Source of the DNA: Candidatus Thorarchaeota archaeon
GTDB taxonomy: Archaea; Asgardarchaeota; Thorarchaeia; Thorarchaeales; Thorarchaeaceae
Direction: 5' to 3'
NCBI GenBank assembly: GCA_048882485.1
Contig: JBHLRP010000055.1
Span: 1-16,828, forward strand
DNA length: 16,828 nt
The notes beneath the pieces are model-generated. The model was not told the origin of the DNA and ran no database searches. It saw only the letters and a program-made list of their open reading frames with translations. How positions within the stretch are numbered: the stretch's first letter is position 1; each line of letters begins with the position of its first letter. Position numbers and translations under genes: made by a program. Of this stretch, positions 16,181 through 16,828 are shown in pieces.

Positions 16181-16489
16181 ATGCATCGAAGAAGAAGAGG
16201 TCGCCGTGGGCGAATGCCAGTCCAGCCACGACTAGGAGCACGATTCAAAGCAACTCGTATGAATCCCGAACCAAAGGCCGATGAGCGTCCCGTATATATC
16301 GATCCCGCAGAGGCAGAAGTCCTGCGACTTGTGGATCTTGAGGGTATGTATCAGGAGCATGCTGGGGATGCAATGGGCGTGTCTAGAGGCACTATCTGGC
16401 GGCTTCTTGAGAGTGCTCGAAGAAAAGTGGTCAGATCACTCTTTGAAGGAAGACCTCTCATCATTGGTCACTCACCCGATGAGGACTGA
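16181..16489 (+). CDS. DUF134-family predicted DNA-binding protein (sigma-70 region-4-like HTH, COG1342)
   Basis: EAEVLRLVDLEGMYQEHAGDAMGVSRGTIWRLLESARRKVVRSLFEGRPLII. Start placed at ATG 16181 with a GGTGAG SD (ORF track 16142). Confidence 0.93.
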   Translation: MHRRRRGRRGRMPVQPRLGARFKATRMNPEPKADERPVYIDPAEAEVLRLVDLEGMYQEHAGDAMGVSRGTIWRLLESARRKVVRSLFEGRPLIIGHSPDED

Positions 16490-16726
16490 CAAGTCGGATA
16501 CCATAGACCATAGAACCAATGCGACTCGCTTGACCGTTTGTTAAGCACTCAAAAAACTGTTCTTCACTTCTGACTCTACGCATTACACACATTCTTGTAT
16601 TTTGAAACCCCTCCTCTCAGAAAGTGCTTGGAGGCCTTCTAGGTCTCATTCCCTGAGCACCAAATTGTGCGATGCTCCCTTATATGCCAATTCGCCAATC
16701 TGTCTAAATGGAGAGGACAAATAACC

Positions 16727-16828
16727 ATGCAGACTGTACCCTCAGGACCCATCAGCGACCCAATTCTGGTCAGAAGACCTGCATTTCCACGATGGTGGGA
16801 TCCGATTGCCAGGCCTCATGTTGCTATT
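16727..16828 (+). CDS. Hypothetical protein, N-terminal part; runs off the right edge
   Basis: ATG 16727 preceded by a GGAGAGG SD and TATA-like CTTATAT (~16679-16685). Frame open to the window end: MQTVPSGPISDPILVRRPAFPRWWDPIARPHVAI. Confidence 0.55.
   Translation, partial: MQTVPSGPISDPILVRRPAFPRWWDPIARPHVAI

Noticed and set aside
15806-16284. Several 60-109 aa ORFs overlapping DUF5320, the operator region and DUF134
   Set aside because: They overlap better-supported genes and run through the palindromic promoter region; no motifs.
16460-16680. Possible 43-aa - strand ORF (MCVMRRVRSEE...) after GAGAGGAGG, and a CCATAGA direct repeat
   Set aside because: The SD-like tract is too far from the start, the ORF overlaps the DUF134 3' end, and there is no motif. 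The repeat is too short to be meaningful.
16640-16828. - strand frame with in-frame TGA (IAT*GLAIGSHH...) considered as a selenoprotein
   Set aside because: No Sec-type context or SECIS. The opposite strand has a better-supported start with SD and TATA.

Overview
Archaeal chromosomal window with dense, mostly housekeeping and metabolic genes and no transposase, CRISPR array, tRNA or rRNA. Gene content and promoter/SD style are archaeal; an Asgard/Thorarchaeota-like host is an impression, not demonstrable here. Gene order: partial GNAT acetyltransferase (-), peroxiredoxin-fold protein lacking the catalytic Cys (+), Ca/Na antiporter (-), membrane-anchored PHP/DUF3604-like metallohydrolase (+), FTR1/EfeU iron permease behind a perfect DtxR-type palindrome (+), HD protein, Lrp/AsnC regulator and JAMM/MPN+ isopeptidase (+). 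Next is the convergent rpl15e-RNA-binding protein-Rpp30-Pop5 operon (-), preceded by a structured RNA leader, then a SerA-like dehydrogenase (-), flavin reductase (+), a hypothetical protein with an internal duplication (-) and archaeal YchF (-). The window ends with a six-gene module of unknown function (2x NifB/NifX-domain, 2x ferredoxin-inserted MinD-type ATPases, DUF5320, DUF134) whose two promoter regions each carry tandem 14-bp palindromes 24 bp apart, plus a partial CDS at the right edge. Most notable: this apparent DUF134 regulon/cofactor-chaperone system, the eL15 leader RNA, a 27-bp identical tract between the two ATPase paralogues, the Cys-less peroxiredoxin, and a TGA-interrupted thioredoxin-like small ORF upstream of it.
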